The notes: generated by a model from the letters alone, not told the origin. A stretch of 61,438 bases of DNA, filler included, from an uncultured bacterium (GCA_964371695.1; 4 parts of 4 records of this genome joined end to end with filler, not necessarily neighbours in it); one strand, 5' to 3'. Positions 50,030-60,849 are shown, counted from the first letter of the whole stretch. A program made the numbers and translations.

Positions 50030-50198
50030 AATTGATATGAATTCATGGATGAATTCGACTCAAACACCGAGGCCCAGAAAGGGCCACAGGTGTTTGCGGC
50101 GCAAGCGGGCTTTGCCTGCGCCGCGCCGGGCCGCAGCCATTCACGACGAATGGCAAGGCCAATTAAAAGATTCCAATTCCGCTCTTTTGAATTGGAAT
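50030..50198. repeat. Structured ~150-bp dispersed repeat, copy 3 (inverted)
   Basis: GAATTCATGGATGAATTC...GCCATTCACGACGAATGGC...TTCCAATT; reverse complement of 40305-40475. Confidence 0.85.
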
Positions 50199-50221
50199 CG
50201 GAACGAATTGACCCGGACACC

Positions 50222-52373
50222 GTGACGGAAATCCATTATTTCTGGCTGTTGCCGCCCTTTTACACCGCCCTGTTGCTGGGAGCGGCGGTGGTGGTGATGG
50301 GCCTGGGCCTCTTGCGCCGCCCGGCAGAAGTCCCCCTCGCCGTGCGTTTTGCCTGGGGCGTGCTGCGGCTGGTGGCGGTGCTGATGCTGCTGGTGCTGTT
50401 CATGGGCCCCAAACAGATAAAAAAAGTGCGCACCCCCATTCCCAACGACCTGTGGCTGGTGGTGGATCAGAGCAAAAGCATGGGGCTGAAAGACGCGCCC
50501 CCCAGCCGCTACGCCCAGGCGTCTGCATTGGCGCTGAAACTGAAGGCCCAACTGAAAAACCGCTACGCCGTGCATCTGGCCCTGGTGGGGGACCAGGGCA
50601 AAGAGGTGAAAGCCCAGCCCCCCCACCCCCCCCGCGCCCCCCTCCCCCACCGGCGCCACCAGCCCACTGGGAGAAGACCTGCTGGCCCTGACGGAAACCA
50701 TGGACGAACGCCTCACCCGCGCCGTGGTGCTGCTGAGCGATGGCCGCATCACCCACGGCCCGCCGCTGGAGGCCGCCGCCCCCGCGCTCACGCGGCTGGG
50801 GGCCACCGTGCTGATCTCGCCCCTGGGAAAGGAAAACCGCGAGGTGGACCTGGAAATACAAAACCTGAGCGCACCTCAGACCGTGGCGCAGGAAGAACCT
50901 TTTGAAACCACCTTCACCCTGCGCCGCAACCGTCAGGGCCCCGCCTCGGCGCAGGTCACCTTCACCGCCCCCGGCCAACCCCTCAAACAACTGGCCGTGC
51001 GTTTTGCGCCACAGGAAACCGAAAAACACCTCGCGGTCAAAACGGTGCTCAAGCAGGGTGGTTTTGCCAAATTGAGTGTGCGCGTGCCGCCCGCACCGGG
51101 TGAAACCCAACTGGCCAACAATCAGCAGCAGCGCCTCATCAAGGTGAACTTCAGCAATGCCCGGTCTGTGGTGGTGTGGGGAAAACCCGACCCGGCGTTG
51201 GGGGCCATGGCCCGGTTTCTGGCCCAGGAGCGGGGCGAGGTGGCGCGGGCGATTCTGGACGCCCCCGGACAGACCACACAAAACCGCTCCCTCTGGAAAG
51301 GCCCACAAACCCGCCAGCGCCTGACGCAAACCCTGGCGACCAGTGGTGTGGACCTGCTGGTGCTGGGAGAAACCCAGACCCGACACCTGGGGGGCGCGGC
51401 GGCGGCGGTGCTGAACAACATCCGCCAGGGGGCTTTGGGAGGCTGGTGGATTTATGGCAGCCCGGCGGGGGCGTTTTTAAATCCACGCCTGCCCGCCCCC
51501 AGGGCATTGCAGCGGTCTCAATACCGCCCTGCCCCCGGCCCCATGCTGGCCCGTCTGCTGGGTGACAATCCGCCACCCAAACTGGCGCAGTGGCCGCCCC
51601 TGCGCCTGCTCAGCGCCGCGCCACAACCCCCGGCAGAGCAGGTGGTGTTGTGGGCCACCAGCGCGGCGGGCGGCGCAGAGCGTTATCCCCTGCTGGTTTG
51701 CAGCAGCACACAGGGCCGCCAGTGCGCCCTTTATTCACCAGATTTCTGGACATGGTTTCTGGCCCCCCAGGGCCGTGAACAGAGCCGCGAAGAAGCCACG
51801 GTGCTTTTTCGCGCCGTGGCGGACTGGCTGACGGACAAATCGGCCCCCCAGCGCCTGCTCTTGAATCTGGAAAAAACCCGCCTGAATGAAGGCGAAAAAA
51901 TCAGCGCCACGGCAGAAGCCTATGGGTCTGATTTCGACCTGCTCAAATCGGGCAAACTCAATCTCACCACCCGCTGTCCGGGCCGCACCCATTCGGTGGT
52001 GTTTCAGAACCGTGGCAAGGTGTCTTATGCCTCCGGCCCCCTGCCCGCCGGGCCTTGCACCCTCACGGCGCGCCTGAGCACCCCCGATGGCCAGTTTGTG
52101 ACGCAAAAGGATTTTGTGGTGGAAAAACAGGACATCGAAATGAGCAGCACCAGCGCAGACCCCGCTGCCCTCAAGGCGCTGGCTGCCGTCACGCAGGGGC
52201 GTTTTTTGCCCGCGGGCGAACTGACGGCCGCGCTCGAGGCGCTTAAACCCAAGCCGGTTTACCATCTGCGGGTGCAGGAAAACGACCTGGCCCGCAGCCC
52301 CTGGCCCCTGGCCGTGCTGCTGGCGGCCCTGACGCTGGAATGGGCTTGGCGGCGCAGGCGGGGTGTGGCGTGA
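50222..52373 (+). pseudogene. Membrane-anchored VWA-domain protein, frameshifted in a C-rich tract at ~50615-50650 (or assembly error)
   Basis: N-terminal TM segments and MIDAS-like DQSKSM in one frame; LLSDG and C-terminal LEWAWRRRRG in another. Confidence 0.75.
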
Positions 52374-52435
52374 TGCGGTTACGGATTGTTTCAAAACAGC
52401 AACTCCCCTTGATGGATTGTCATCACCCACCAGCC

Positions 52436-52700
52436 ACCGCCTTTCCCGCGAAAGCGGGAAGCCATCTCAAATATATAAACCACCTTATTCCCCTCTCCCC
52501 TTTACGGGGAGAGGGTGGCCGAAGGCCGGGTGAGGGGTTTAAGCAAAAGACAAAATCTTTTTGGGTTGTTTTTCACATCGCCCTCACCCGGTTCCTGCCT
52601 GCGCTGCGCTCCGGCAGCAACCACCCTCTCCCAGGCAAAGCACGGGAGAGGGGAAAGGGCGGCCTATTTCTTTTTCCGACATCCTGCTGCCAACTTCCCA
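52436..52700. repeat. Composite palindromic repeat island
   Basis: TTCCCGCGAAAGCGGGAA and CCCTCTCCC elements, plus a reverse-oriented GGAAGTTGG...AAAAAGAAATAGGCC leader. Confidence 0.8.
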
Positions 52701-52726
52701 ATTTCGGGTTGCACCGGATTCCCATC

Positions 52727-53392
52727 ATGGTCGCCCTGTTTCTCATCGCCCTGCTGACACCACCAGCCATGGGCGCTCCCCCCCGCGAACTCCCCCCCAA
52801 CCGCATCAACATCGGCAAGCTGCGTTATGGCGGCGGTGGCGACTGGTACGCCAACCCCAGTTCACTGCCCAACCTGCTGCGGGAACTGCGGGACAACACT
52901 GGTCTGGACGCCGCACCAGACCCGGTGGAAGTGCAGCCGCTGGACAGCCTGATTTTTTCGCTGCCGCTGGTTTATTTCACAGGTCACGGCAACATCCGCT
53001 TCACGCCCGCCGAGCGCGAAAACCTGCGGCGATACGTGACCGTTGGGGGGCTTGTGTGGGGTGACGACAACTACGGCATGGACAAAAGCCTGCGGCGTGA
53101 GCTGCTGGCGCTTTTTCCCGGTGAAAAACTCGTGCCGCTGCCCTTTGATCACCCCGTCTATCACACGGTGTATGACTTTGGCAGCGGCCCGCCCAAGGTA
53201 CACAAACACGACAACAAAGCCCCCCAGGCCCTGGGCATTGTGCGCAATGGCCGTGTGGTGTTTTTATACACTGTCGAAAGCGACATCGGCGACGGCATGG
53301 AAGACCTGAGTGTGCACAACGTACCCGAACCCATGCACCGCGCCGCACTGCGTTTTGGTGTGAACGTGATGGTGTATGCGTTGAGTTATTAA
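52727..53392 (+). CDS. DUF4159 domain protein
   Basis: KLRYGGGGDWYANP, YFTGHGN, DDNYGMD and PPKVH. Confidence 0.88.
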   Translation: MVALFLIALLTPPAMGAPPRELPPNRINIGKLRYGGGGDWYANPSSLPNLLRELRDNTGLDAAPDPVEVQPLDSLIFSLPLVYFTGHGNIRFTPAERENLRRYVTVGGLVWGDDNYGMDKSLRRELLALFPGEKLVPLPFDHPVYHTVYDFGSGPPKVHKHDNKAPQALGIVRNGRVVFLYTVESDIGDGMEDLSVHNVPEPMHRAALRFGVNVMVYALSY

Positions 53393-53410
53393 AGCATTTT
53401 TATAAAAAAA

Positions 53411-53475
53411 GGAGTAGGCGCGGTGTCCTCACCGCGCTCAGATCAAACGGCGATGAGGACATCGCCGCTACTCCG
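53411..53475. repeat. Inverted GTAG-type REP doublet
   Basis: GGAGTAGGCGCGGTGTCCTCACCGCG ... CGGCGATGAGGACATCGCCGCTACTCC. Confidence 0.8.
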
Positions 53476-53527
53476 GTTTTACCAACTTTAGGCACATGAA
53501 TTAAGCCAAAATCCAGCGGGAGGCTTC

Positions 53528-54964
53528 ATGGACTTTTCAAACGGGCTTTTGATCAACGGGGAGTGGCGCAGGGCCAGCGATGGCGGGCAGATCGAGGTCA
53601 TCAACCCAGCCACCGAAGAAGTCTTTGCCGCCGTTGCCCACGCCACGGTGCAGGACATGGACGAAGCGCTTGAGGCCGCCAAAAGGGGTTTTGAAACGTG
53701 GCGCAACACAGCGGCCTGGGACCGCGCACGGCTTCTGCGCAAGGTGGCCGACGCCATGCAGCAGCAGGCCCCCGACATGGCCCGCGTGCTCACGCAGGAA
53801 CAGGGCAAACCCCTGGCCGAGGCCACCGGCGAAATCCGCGCCGCCGCCGAACAGTTTGAGTGGTACGCCGAAGAAGCCAAACGCGCCTATGGCCAGATCA
53901 TCGACGGTCATTCCCGCGCCCATCGCCTGATGGTGATGCTGCAGCCCACCGGCCCCGTGGCGGCGTTCACACCCTGGAACTTTCCGGTGCTGTTGCCCGC
54001 CCGCAAAATGGCCGCCGCCCTGGCCGCCGGTTGCAGCGTGATTGTGAAACCCGCCGAAGAATGCCCCCTGGCCTGCATGTGGATGGCGCGGCTGTGCGAA
54101 GAAGCCGGTTTGCCGCCGGGTGTGCTGGGGCTGCTCACCGGCGACCCGGCGGCCATCAGCGCCCATCTGGTGAACAGCCCGGTCTTCAAATAAATCAGCC
54201 TCTCCGGCTGGGTGCGCGTGGGCAGAGTGGTGGCCGAACAAGCCGCAGCGGGCCTTAAGAAACTCACCATGGAGCTGGGCGGCCACGCCCCCCTGATTGT
54301 GTTTGAAGACGCCGACGTGGAAGACGCCGCCCGCATTGCGGCGCTGGGAAAGTTCCGCAACAACGGCCAGGTGTGCATCGCCACCAGCCGACTGTTTGTT
54401 CACCAGTCCGTGGCCAAGAAATTTCTGAAAACTTTTGTGGAGGTGACCCGATCACTGCGCCTGGGCAATGGCCTGGAAACGGGCACGGACCTGGGGCCGC
54501 TTACCAGCGCACGGGGCTTGGCTGGCGCGGAATCGCTGGTGCAGCAGGCGGTGGGGGCCGGGGCCTCACTGATCACGGGGGGTTGCCGCAGCAGCAAGTT
54601 CGACAAGGGTTATTTTTTTGAACCCGCCGTGCTCACCGGCGTGACCGACGACATGGCCGTGATGCGCACGGAGCCTTTTGGCCCCGTGGCCCCCGTGGCC
54701 ACGTTTGACACCTTCGACGAGGTGATCACCCGCGCCAACAACACCGATTACGGTTTGGCCGGTTATGTGTTTACGCAAAACACCCGCACGGCGTTTCTCG
54801 CCAGCGAGGCGCTGGAGGTGGGCATGGTGGGCGTGAACAATCTGGTGATTGCCTCGGCGGAGATTCCCTTCGGCGGCGTCAAACAAAGTGGTTACGGCCG
54901 CGAAGGCGGCAGTTGGGGCATTCAGGAATACCTTCAGACGAAATACATCAACATCAAGTTATAA
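53528..54964 (+). pseudogene. NAD(P)-dependent succinate-semialdehyde dehydrogenase-like ALDH with an in-frame TAA at 54191-54193
   Basis: PWNFP, ELGG, NGQVC, EPFGP and PFGGVKQSGYGREG lie in one frame, broken at SPVFK*ISLSGW. Confidence 0.85.
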
Positions 54965-56845
54965 CCCGATTTCCTGTCGCATCTCCTGCACGTCCTCACA
55001 CCAGTTGCCCACGTTCCAGCGGCCAAAGGCCCCCAGTCCCCCCAGCGGGTTTTCACCAAAATACACCGGCAGATGAATCAGGCTCAGGCCGTTGTAGGCA
55101 TGGGCTTTTTTCAGCGCAGCCTTCAGCGACGCCACCGACCAGCCCCCAAAAATTGCCTTCACCCCCCGCACCGCCGAGGCCATGCGCACATAGTCCACCA
55201 CCACACTGTCGTGGGTTTTATAGGTGTGGGCGTACTGGGCTTTTTGCAGCGAGGCGATGGCCCCCATGGCGCGGTTGTCCATGAGCAGAATGCAGGCATG
55301 AACCCGGTGTTCCACCGCATCAATCAGGGTTTGCGGATTCATCATGAAGGAACCATCGCCGGTGAACGCCACGGCGAATCGGGGTTCCTTCGCCAGCCCA
55401 CCGGCCACCAGGGCGCTGGTGGCGAAGCCCATGTAACTGGCTCCGGTTTCGGTGAAGGTCTGAAACGGCGTGTCATCTTCCACCACCTGAAAACCATTCG
55501 CCTGCACGTCTCCCGCGTCGAAATATTTCACACCGCCCACGCTGTTTACAAACCTTGATGCGGCGAAAATCGCTGCGGGCTGCGTGAGTACCTCGCGCCC
55601 CCAGGTTTCATCAAACAACGTGGGTTGGTCATAACGGGCCTGTTTGAAGCGCTGCCATTTTTCTTTCTGCGCCGCGCAGGCCTTCAGCCACGAACTGTTT
55701 TTATGCGCCTGCGCCCCCAGCAACGGCAGCAGATTTTTGAGCGTGCCCCCGGCATCGCCCACCAGCGCCAGACCGTGGCGGTAATGGGTGGCCTCGTGGA
55801 ATCCGCCGCTCAGGTGAATCACCCGTTTCACCTTGGGATAAGCCGTGCGAGAGCTGTCGCTCTGGCACACCGCCCGCGTGCCGATGGCCACCAGCAGATC
55901 GGCCCCCTCCATGGCGAAATTGCCGCACAGGCTGCCCTTGCTGCCCCCCACCGTCATGTTGCGCGGGTGCCCATAGGGCAACACGCCCCCGGCACCCGGC
56001 GTATGCACCAGCATGCCATCCACCGCCTCCAGAAAATCCGCCAGCAACGGCCCCAGATGGCGACCGCCGCCCCCCACTTTCACTACCACACGCCGGGCCT
56101 GTTTCAGCCAGCGAGCCGCTTCATGCAGCAGGGTTTCATCCTGAGCAGGCGGCAGCACCAGCGGCACGGGTTGGGGCAACGCCAGCAGGTTGAAGTTTTT
56201 CATCACCTGGGGCTGTGTGTTGAGCGGCAGCAGCAAATAAAACGGCCCCGCACCGGCCGGGCGGTGGGTGCTCACAAAACCCCGCGCCAGCGCCTGGGGC
56301 AGCGCCTGGGGCGTGTGCAGGCTATAAGCCTCGCCCATGGTGCTCAGCAGTTTCAGAAACAGCCCCTGTTCGGGTTTGGGAATCTGCTGCATGTTGGGGC
56401 CTTCATCCCGCGTGGTTTCGTCGCCATAAATATGCCACACCCCCACGCCATTGCTGGCCGCCGCCAGAGACCCCGCCATGGCCTGCAAAGCACCGGGGCC
56501 GATGCTGGTGATCACCGCCGCCTGTTCGCCATAGGTCCAGCGCAGGGCCGTGGCCACGTGGGCGGCCTCTACCTCGTTGCGCACGTTGAAGGTTTCCAGC
56601 AGCCCTTCGGCTTCATAAATGCGCATCACCTCGGCGAGATCCGTGGAGCCGTGGCCAAAAATCGCCACGAACTTGCGCACACCCAACTGCCACAGGCCCA
56701 GCACCAATGCTTCAGACAGCGTGAGGTCAAGCCGCCGAGCCAAAGCGCCGTTTTCGATGGCCTGGGGAATACCACCGTGTTTCAGCACGGCCCTGGCCCT
56801 TTTCTGGCGCGTTTTGTTGAGGTTAGACAAGCTGGACATGGACAC
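54959..56845 (-). CDS. Thiamine pyrophosphate-binding enzyme, IolD-like
   Basis: AIFGHG, RNE, TSIGPGA and the GDGSFMM...DN TPP motif. Confidence 0.85.
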   Translation of the reverse strand: MSMSSLSNLNKTRQKRARAVLKHGGIPQAIENGALARRLDLTLSEALVLGLWQLGVRKFVAIFGHGSTDLAEVMRIYEAEGLLETFNVRNEVEAAHVATALRWTYGEQAAVITSIGPGALQAMAGSLAAASNGVGVWHIYGDETTRDEGPNMQQIPKPEQGLFLKLLSTMGEAYSLHTPQALPQALARGFVSTHRPAGAGPFYLLLPLNTQPQVMKNFNLLALPQPVPLVLPPAQDETLLHEAARWLKQARRVVVKVGGGGRHLGPLLADFLEAVDGMLVHTPGAGGVLPYGHPRNMTVGGSKGSLCGNFAMEGADLLVAIGTRAVCQSDSSRTAYPKVKRVIHLSGGFHEATHYRHGLALVGDAGGTLKNLLPLLGAQAHKNSSWLKACAAQKEKWQRFKQARYDQPTLFDETWGREVLTQPAAIFAASRFVNSVGGVKYFDAGDVQANGFQVVEDDTPFQTFTETGASYMGFATSALVAGGLAKEPRFAVAFTGDGSFMMNPQTLIDAVEHRVHACILLMDNRAMGAIASLQKAQYAHTYKTHDSVVVDYVRMASAVRGVKAIFGGWSVASLKAALKKAHAYNGLSLIHLPVYFGENPLGGLGAFGRWNVGNWCEDVQEMRQEIGL

Positions 56846-56888
56846 AGTTTAAGACGCGGCGTCAGAACAGGCTTGGCTTGGCTTAAAA

Positions 56889-56926
56889 CCCCTGACAAAA
56901 CTCCCTCCGTGGAGTTTTGTCAGGGG
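56889..56926. repeat. Isolated terminal hairpin of the GGA-loop family
   Basis: CCCCTGACAAAACTCC(CTCCGT)GGAGTTTTGTCAGGGG, matching the stems at 35837 and 35946. Confidence 0.75.
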
Positions 56927-57030
56927 ATCTTAGCCAGTCCCGGTTTTGACCAATTTGGTCCACCTGGAACATTTTGGCTGTTGCTCGCTACACTCTCTGG
57001 CCTTGGCCACACCGGCCCCTCGGCGCTCAA

Positions 57031-58404
57031 ATGTCCCGCTCACCCGAAAAAAAAGCCCTCACCGCCCTTTTCATGGTGGTGTTCATTGACCTGTTTGGTT
57101 TTGGCATGGTCATTCCACTCTTGCCCCAGATTGCCGACGCCTACACCGGCGCTGCGGCGGCGGCCAATGTCAAAAACATCCTGGCCGGTTCCCCCCTGCT
57201 GAGCTGGATGCCAGAGGACTGGCTGGGGCGTTTCTGCCACCTGTTTTTTGCCCAGAAAGGCTCGGCCACCGGCTGGCTGCTGGGACTGTTCAGCCTGATG
57301 CAGTTCATCTTCAGCCCCTTCTGGGGCAGCCTGAGCGACCGTTATGGCCGCAAACCCCTGCTGGTGTTTGGCCTGATGGGCAACATGACGGGCCACGCCA
57401 TGTTTGCGCTGTCTACGGCGGCGGGGCCTCTGGCGCTGTTGTGGATGTATTTCTCACGCATTGTCACCGGTGTGAGCGGCGCCAACCTGCCCGTGGCGCA
57501 GGCTTACATTGCTGATCACACCGAACCCGCCCAGCGCGCCAAGGCCATGGGGCTGATTGGCGCGGCCTTTGGCCTGGGTTTCATTTTCGGCCCGGCCCTG
57601 GGGGGCATCCTGGCCGAAAAAATCAGTTGGGGCGCGCCCTTTTGGCTCGCGAGCGGCCTGAGCCTGTTGAGCGCCATTTTCGCCCAGGCCGTGTTGAAAG
57701 AAAGCGACCCCAGCCGCCGCAAGGCGGGCGCTGTGCGCGAAAAACGCCTGGTGCTGCTCAAAAGGGCGTGGAACACCCCTGGCCTGAAGGGGGCGCTACT
57801 GCTGTTTTTTCTCATCATGTTCGGCTTCACCAACATGGAAGTCAGTTTTGTGCTGTTCGCCAAAGAAGTGTTGGGCCAGGGTCGCGACCACATCGGCTAT
57901 CTCTTTTTCTGGGCGGGAGCGGTGATTGCTTTCACGCAGGGGTTCGCCATCGGCAAGCTGCGCAAACGTTTTCACGAGGCCAGCCTGATTCGCACCGGCA
58001 CATGCTTCATGGCCCTGGCTTTGGGTCTGATGCCCCTGGCCGCCCCACTGCACAAGGGGGGACTGCTGGCCCTGGGGCTGGTTCCGGCGTGGCTGCCGCT
58101 GATTCTCCTTTGCCTGTTTGGCGTGGCCTTTGGCAACGGCATCAGCAATCCGTCGTTGTCCTCATATCTCAGCCGCCGCACGCCCGAAAACGTGCAGGGC
58201 GGCGTGCTGGGCGCGGCGCAATCGCTGGCCAGTCTGGCGCGGGTGCTGGGACCGATTTTCGCCGGTCAGGTGTTCAACCGACTGGGCCACGCCCGCACGC
58301 TGTGGGTGGGCAGCACCGTGATGGCAATCGGCGTGCTGGTGGCCTTTTTTCTTCTGGATACACACGACCATGCGGGGCCTGAAATCAGCACCCACGGCAC
58401 CTGA
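57031..58404 (+). CDS. MFS efflux transporter (TetA/DHA1-like)
   Basis: GSLSDRYGRKP, AYIAD and GFIFGPALGG. Confidence 0.92.
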   Translation: MSRSPEKKALTALFMVVFIDLFGFGMVIPLLPQIADAYTGAAAAANVKNILAGSPLLSWMPEDWLGRFCHLFFAQKGSATGWLLGLFSLMQFIFSPFWGSLSDRYGRKPLLVFGLMGNMTGHAMFALSTAAGPLALLWMYFSRIVTGVSGANLPVAQAYIADHTEPAQRAKAMGLIGAAFGLGFIFGPALGGILAEKISWGAPFWLASGLSLLSAIFAQAVLKESDPSRRKAGAVREKRLVLLKRAWNTPGLKGALLLFFLIMFGFTNMEVSFVLFAKEVLGQGRDHIGYLFFWAGAVIAFTQGFAIGKLRKRFHEASLIRTGTCFMALALGLMPLAAPLHKGGLLALGLVPAWLPLILLCLFGVAFGNGISNPSLSSYLSRRTPENVQGGVLGAAQSLASLARVLGPIFAGQVFNRLGHARTLWVGSTVMAIGVLVAFFLLDTHDHAGPEISTHGT

Positions 58405-58408
58405 AAAA

Positions 58409-59197
58409 TCAACCCCCTTCCAAAATACGGGCGGCAGAAAATCGTTTTTCCTGGCCTTCTGAATCCGTCACCAGCAAACGGCCCTTGTCATCCACGCCCC
58501 GGATGACGACCGGCAGGTGCTGGCCTTCTGAGACCTCCAGTTTCACCCGTTCACCGGCCCAGGCCATCGCGTCGCGATACTCCGCCAACCACCGGCCCGC
58601 GCCGGTGAGGTCCTTCATCGAGCGCCAGAAAACATCCAAAATCTCCGACAACCAGATCAAACGGTGACGCACCGGCAAACCCGCCTGCAAGAGCGATGTG
58701 GGGCCATGGGGCGCCTGGGGGAGTCCTGCCCCTTCCACCGGCAGCAGGTTCAGCCCCAGGCCCACCACGGCACGGGTGTTGTTCCCGGTGGTGGAAGACT
58801 CCACCAGAATCCCCGCCAATTTGCCCCCCTGCCACAGCACGTCGTTGGGCCACTTCAGTTGGGTTTCCAGGCCATACACCCCCAGCGCCCGCCACAGGCA
58901 CCAGCCGGTATACAGCGGCAGCAGGGGCAACACGCCGGGGGATAATCCGGTCACCACCCAGCTTGCGGCCAGGTTCTCAGGCCGGTGCGCCCACACACGG
59001 CCATGCTGGCCCCGCCCCTGTGTCTGGTGGGTGGCCACGGCCACAGCCCCGTGGGGCAGGTGGCGGATCTTCGCCTCGGTGTTGGTGCTTTGTGTGGTGT
59101 GAAACAGCCACAGCGGCACGCCGGGCGTGTGGCGGTTGAGTGTGAGCCGGAGCTGGACCAGGGGGCCGGCGGGTGTGGTGGTGAGGGATTTCATCAT
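58409..59197 (-). CDS. birA: Biotin-[acetyl-CoA-carboxylase] ligase
   Basis: STN, QTQGRGQHGRVW, KWPND and KLAGILVE. Confidence 0.93.
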   Translation of the reverse strand: MMKSLTTTPAGPLVQLRLTLNRHTPGVPLWLFHTTQSTNTEAKIRHLPHGAVAVATHQTQGRGQHGRVWAHRPENLAASWVVTGLSPGVLPLLPLYTGWCLWRALGVYGLETQLKWPNDVLWQGGKLAGILVESSTTGNNTRAVVGLGLNLLPVEGAGLPQAPHGPTSLLQAGLPVRHRLIWLSEILDVFWRSMKDLTGAGRWLAEYRDAMAWAGERVKLEVSEGQHLPVVIRGVDDKGRLLVTDSEGQEKRFSAARILEGG

Positions 59198-59238
59198 CGG
59201 GACTGGTGAGCCGAAACACCACCACTATACTTCCCGTC

Positions 59239-60396
59239 ATGTTCAAAAAACGCCGCCTGCCCCACCCCTTTTGGCTTTCTGCCCTGTGCGCCCTGCTGAT
59301 GATTTCAGCGGTGGGCTGTTCACAAAAGTCCAAAGAAAAACCCGGCACGGAAAAAGAAGCTGCGGTGACCAAAGAAGGCGAAGACGCACCGAAAGAATCC
59401 ATCGGCGAAGACAAAGGCACCGAGACCGAAGTGAACAAACCCAGCGCGGTGCCGAGCGGCGAAGCCATCGTGGGCCAGCCCCTGCCCGACGTGCAGCTCA
59501 AGGACATCACCGGCAACACCGTGCAATTGCGCGACCTGTTTTTTGGCAAAACCGGCGTGGTGGTTTTTGTGGGCGAAGAATGCCCCCCCTGCGTGACCGA
59601 ACTCAAAAAGCTGAATGACCACCTTGCAGCGGGCAAACTGCCGGTGTCGGTGGTGGTGATTGGTCGCGATCAGGCCGGGGCGGACCCCGTGCTGAAAGAA
59701 GCGGGGGTTTCCTTTCCCCTGTTTCTGGACGCCTTTGGGGAGGGCGGCATCAAGCTGGGTGTGCGGGCCAAGGGCACGTTTTTTCTGGTGGACAATCTGG
59801 GCCGCCTGCAAACCACCGGCCAACTGGAAGTGGCCAAGGACACCAGCGGCGGCGGCACTTTTCTCGACATGATTTCCGCCGCCACCAAGGGCAAGTATCC
59901 CGACCCACGCCTGTGGGACACCGACCCCTGGAAGCGCTGGGCCGCCGGAGACCTGGCTAAACGCAAACCCGCCCCGGCGTTTGCCCTGGCGGCGCTGAAC
60001 GGCAAAACCTATGCCCTTCAGTCGGTGCTGAAAAAACAGAATGTGGTGCTGATTTTTTTCAACCGCCGCTGTCCCCACTGCACCAAAGAGCTTCCCATTG
60101 TGCAGAAGTTCTATGAAGCCGAGGCCAAAAACCTGAACTTTGAGGTGCTGGCCCTCACCCCCAGCCCCGATGCAACAGAGGACAACGAAATTCGCACCTA
60201 CGCCCGCGATTACAGCCTCACCTTTCCCATCCTGCCCCTGCGAGATGAGCACGAGGAACTCTTCACCAGCTACGGCATCAGCAGCAATCCGGCCTGGGGC
60301 GTGATTGGCCAGGACGGCAAGTTCTACCTCAGCAACACCGGCGAACACCCCGACATTGGCCAAGCCTTGGGGGCGGCGCTCAAAGAGCTGCAATAA
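59239..60396 (+). CDS. Lipoprotein with two redoxin/TlpA-like thioredoxin domains
   Basis: Lipobox SAVGC; CPPC and CPHC motifs. Confidence 0.85.
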   Translation: MFKKRRLPHPFWLSALCALLMISAVGCSQKSKEKPGTEKEAAVTKEGEDAPKESIGEDKGTETEVNKPSAVPSGEAIVGQPLPDVQLKDITGNTVQLRDLFFGKTGVVVFVGEECPPCVTELKKLNDHLAAGKLPVSVVVIGRDQAGADPVLKEAGVSFPLFLDAFGEGGIKLGVRAKGTFFLVDNLGRLQTTGQLEVAKDTSGGGTFLDMISAATKGKYPDPRLWDTDPWKRWAAGDLAKRKPAPAFALAALNGKTYALQSVLKKQNVVLIFFNRRCPHCTKELPIVQKFYEAEAKNLNFEVLALTPSPDATEDNEIRTYARDYSLTFPILPLRDEHEELFTSYGISSNPAWGVIGQDGKFYLSNTGEHPDIGQALGAALKELQ

Positions 60397-60414
60397 GCCG
60401 CCTATCATGAAAGC

Positions 60415-60828
60415 ATGACTCCCCCCTCGCCGGGCCGTGTGCTGGTGATTGATCCGGGCCGTGACAAATACGGCTGGGCGGTTTTTGTAGACGGCGCGCC
60501 TGCCCAAAAAGGCGTGCAGCAGACCGACGACGCGCCCCTGCACCTGCGGGAAATCGCACGGGGCGTGGACCGCGCCCTGGTGGGCAAAGGCACGCACCGG
60601 GAGCCTTTTCTCAGACACCTGCAAGACCTGGACGTGCCCGCAGAAGTGGTGGATGAAACGGGCACCACCCAGGCGGGCATCGCCCTCTATTTTCTGCACG
60701 AGGCCCCACGGGGACCGCTGTGGTGGTTCCGGCGGCTCCTGAACATGCCCCGCCGCCCCATAGACGACTGGGCCGCCGTGGCCATCGGCCAACGCTTTTT
60801 TGCCTCAAAACAGGGCCCGACACTGTGA
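60415..60828 (+). CDS. YqgF/RuvX-like RNase H-fold nuclease
   Basis: IDPGRDKYG, VDETGTT and IDDWAA. Confidence 0.8.
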   Translation: MTPPSPGRVLVIDPGRDKYGWAVFVDGAPAQKGVQQTDDAPLHLREIARGVDRALVGKGTHREPFLRHLQDLDVPAEVVDETGTTQAGIALYFLHEAPRGPLWWFRRLLNMPRRPIDDWAAVAIGQRFFASKQGPTL

Positions 60829-60849
60829 CCACGTGGTCTGTGACAACCC

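Noticed and set aside
54959-54964. Convergent genes ending in a shared TTATAA
   Set aside because: Ordinary compact convergent stop arrangement.
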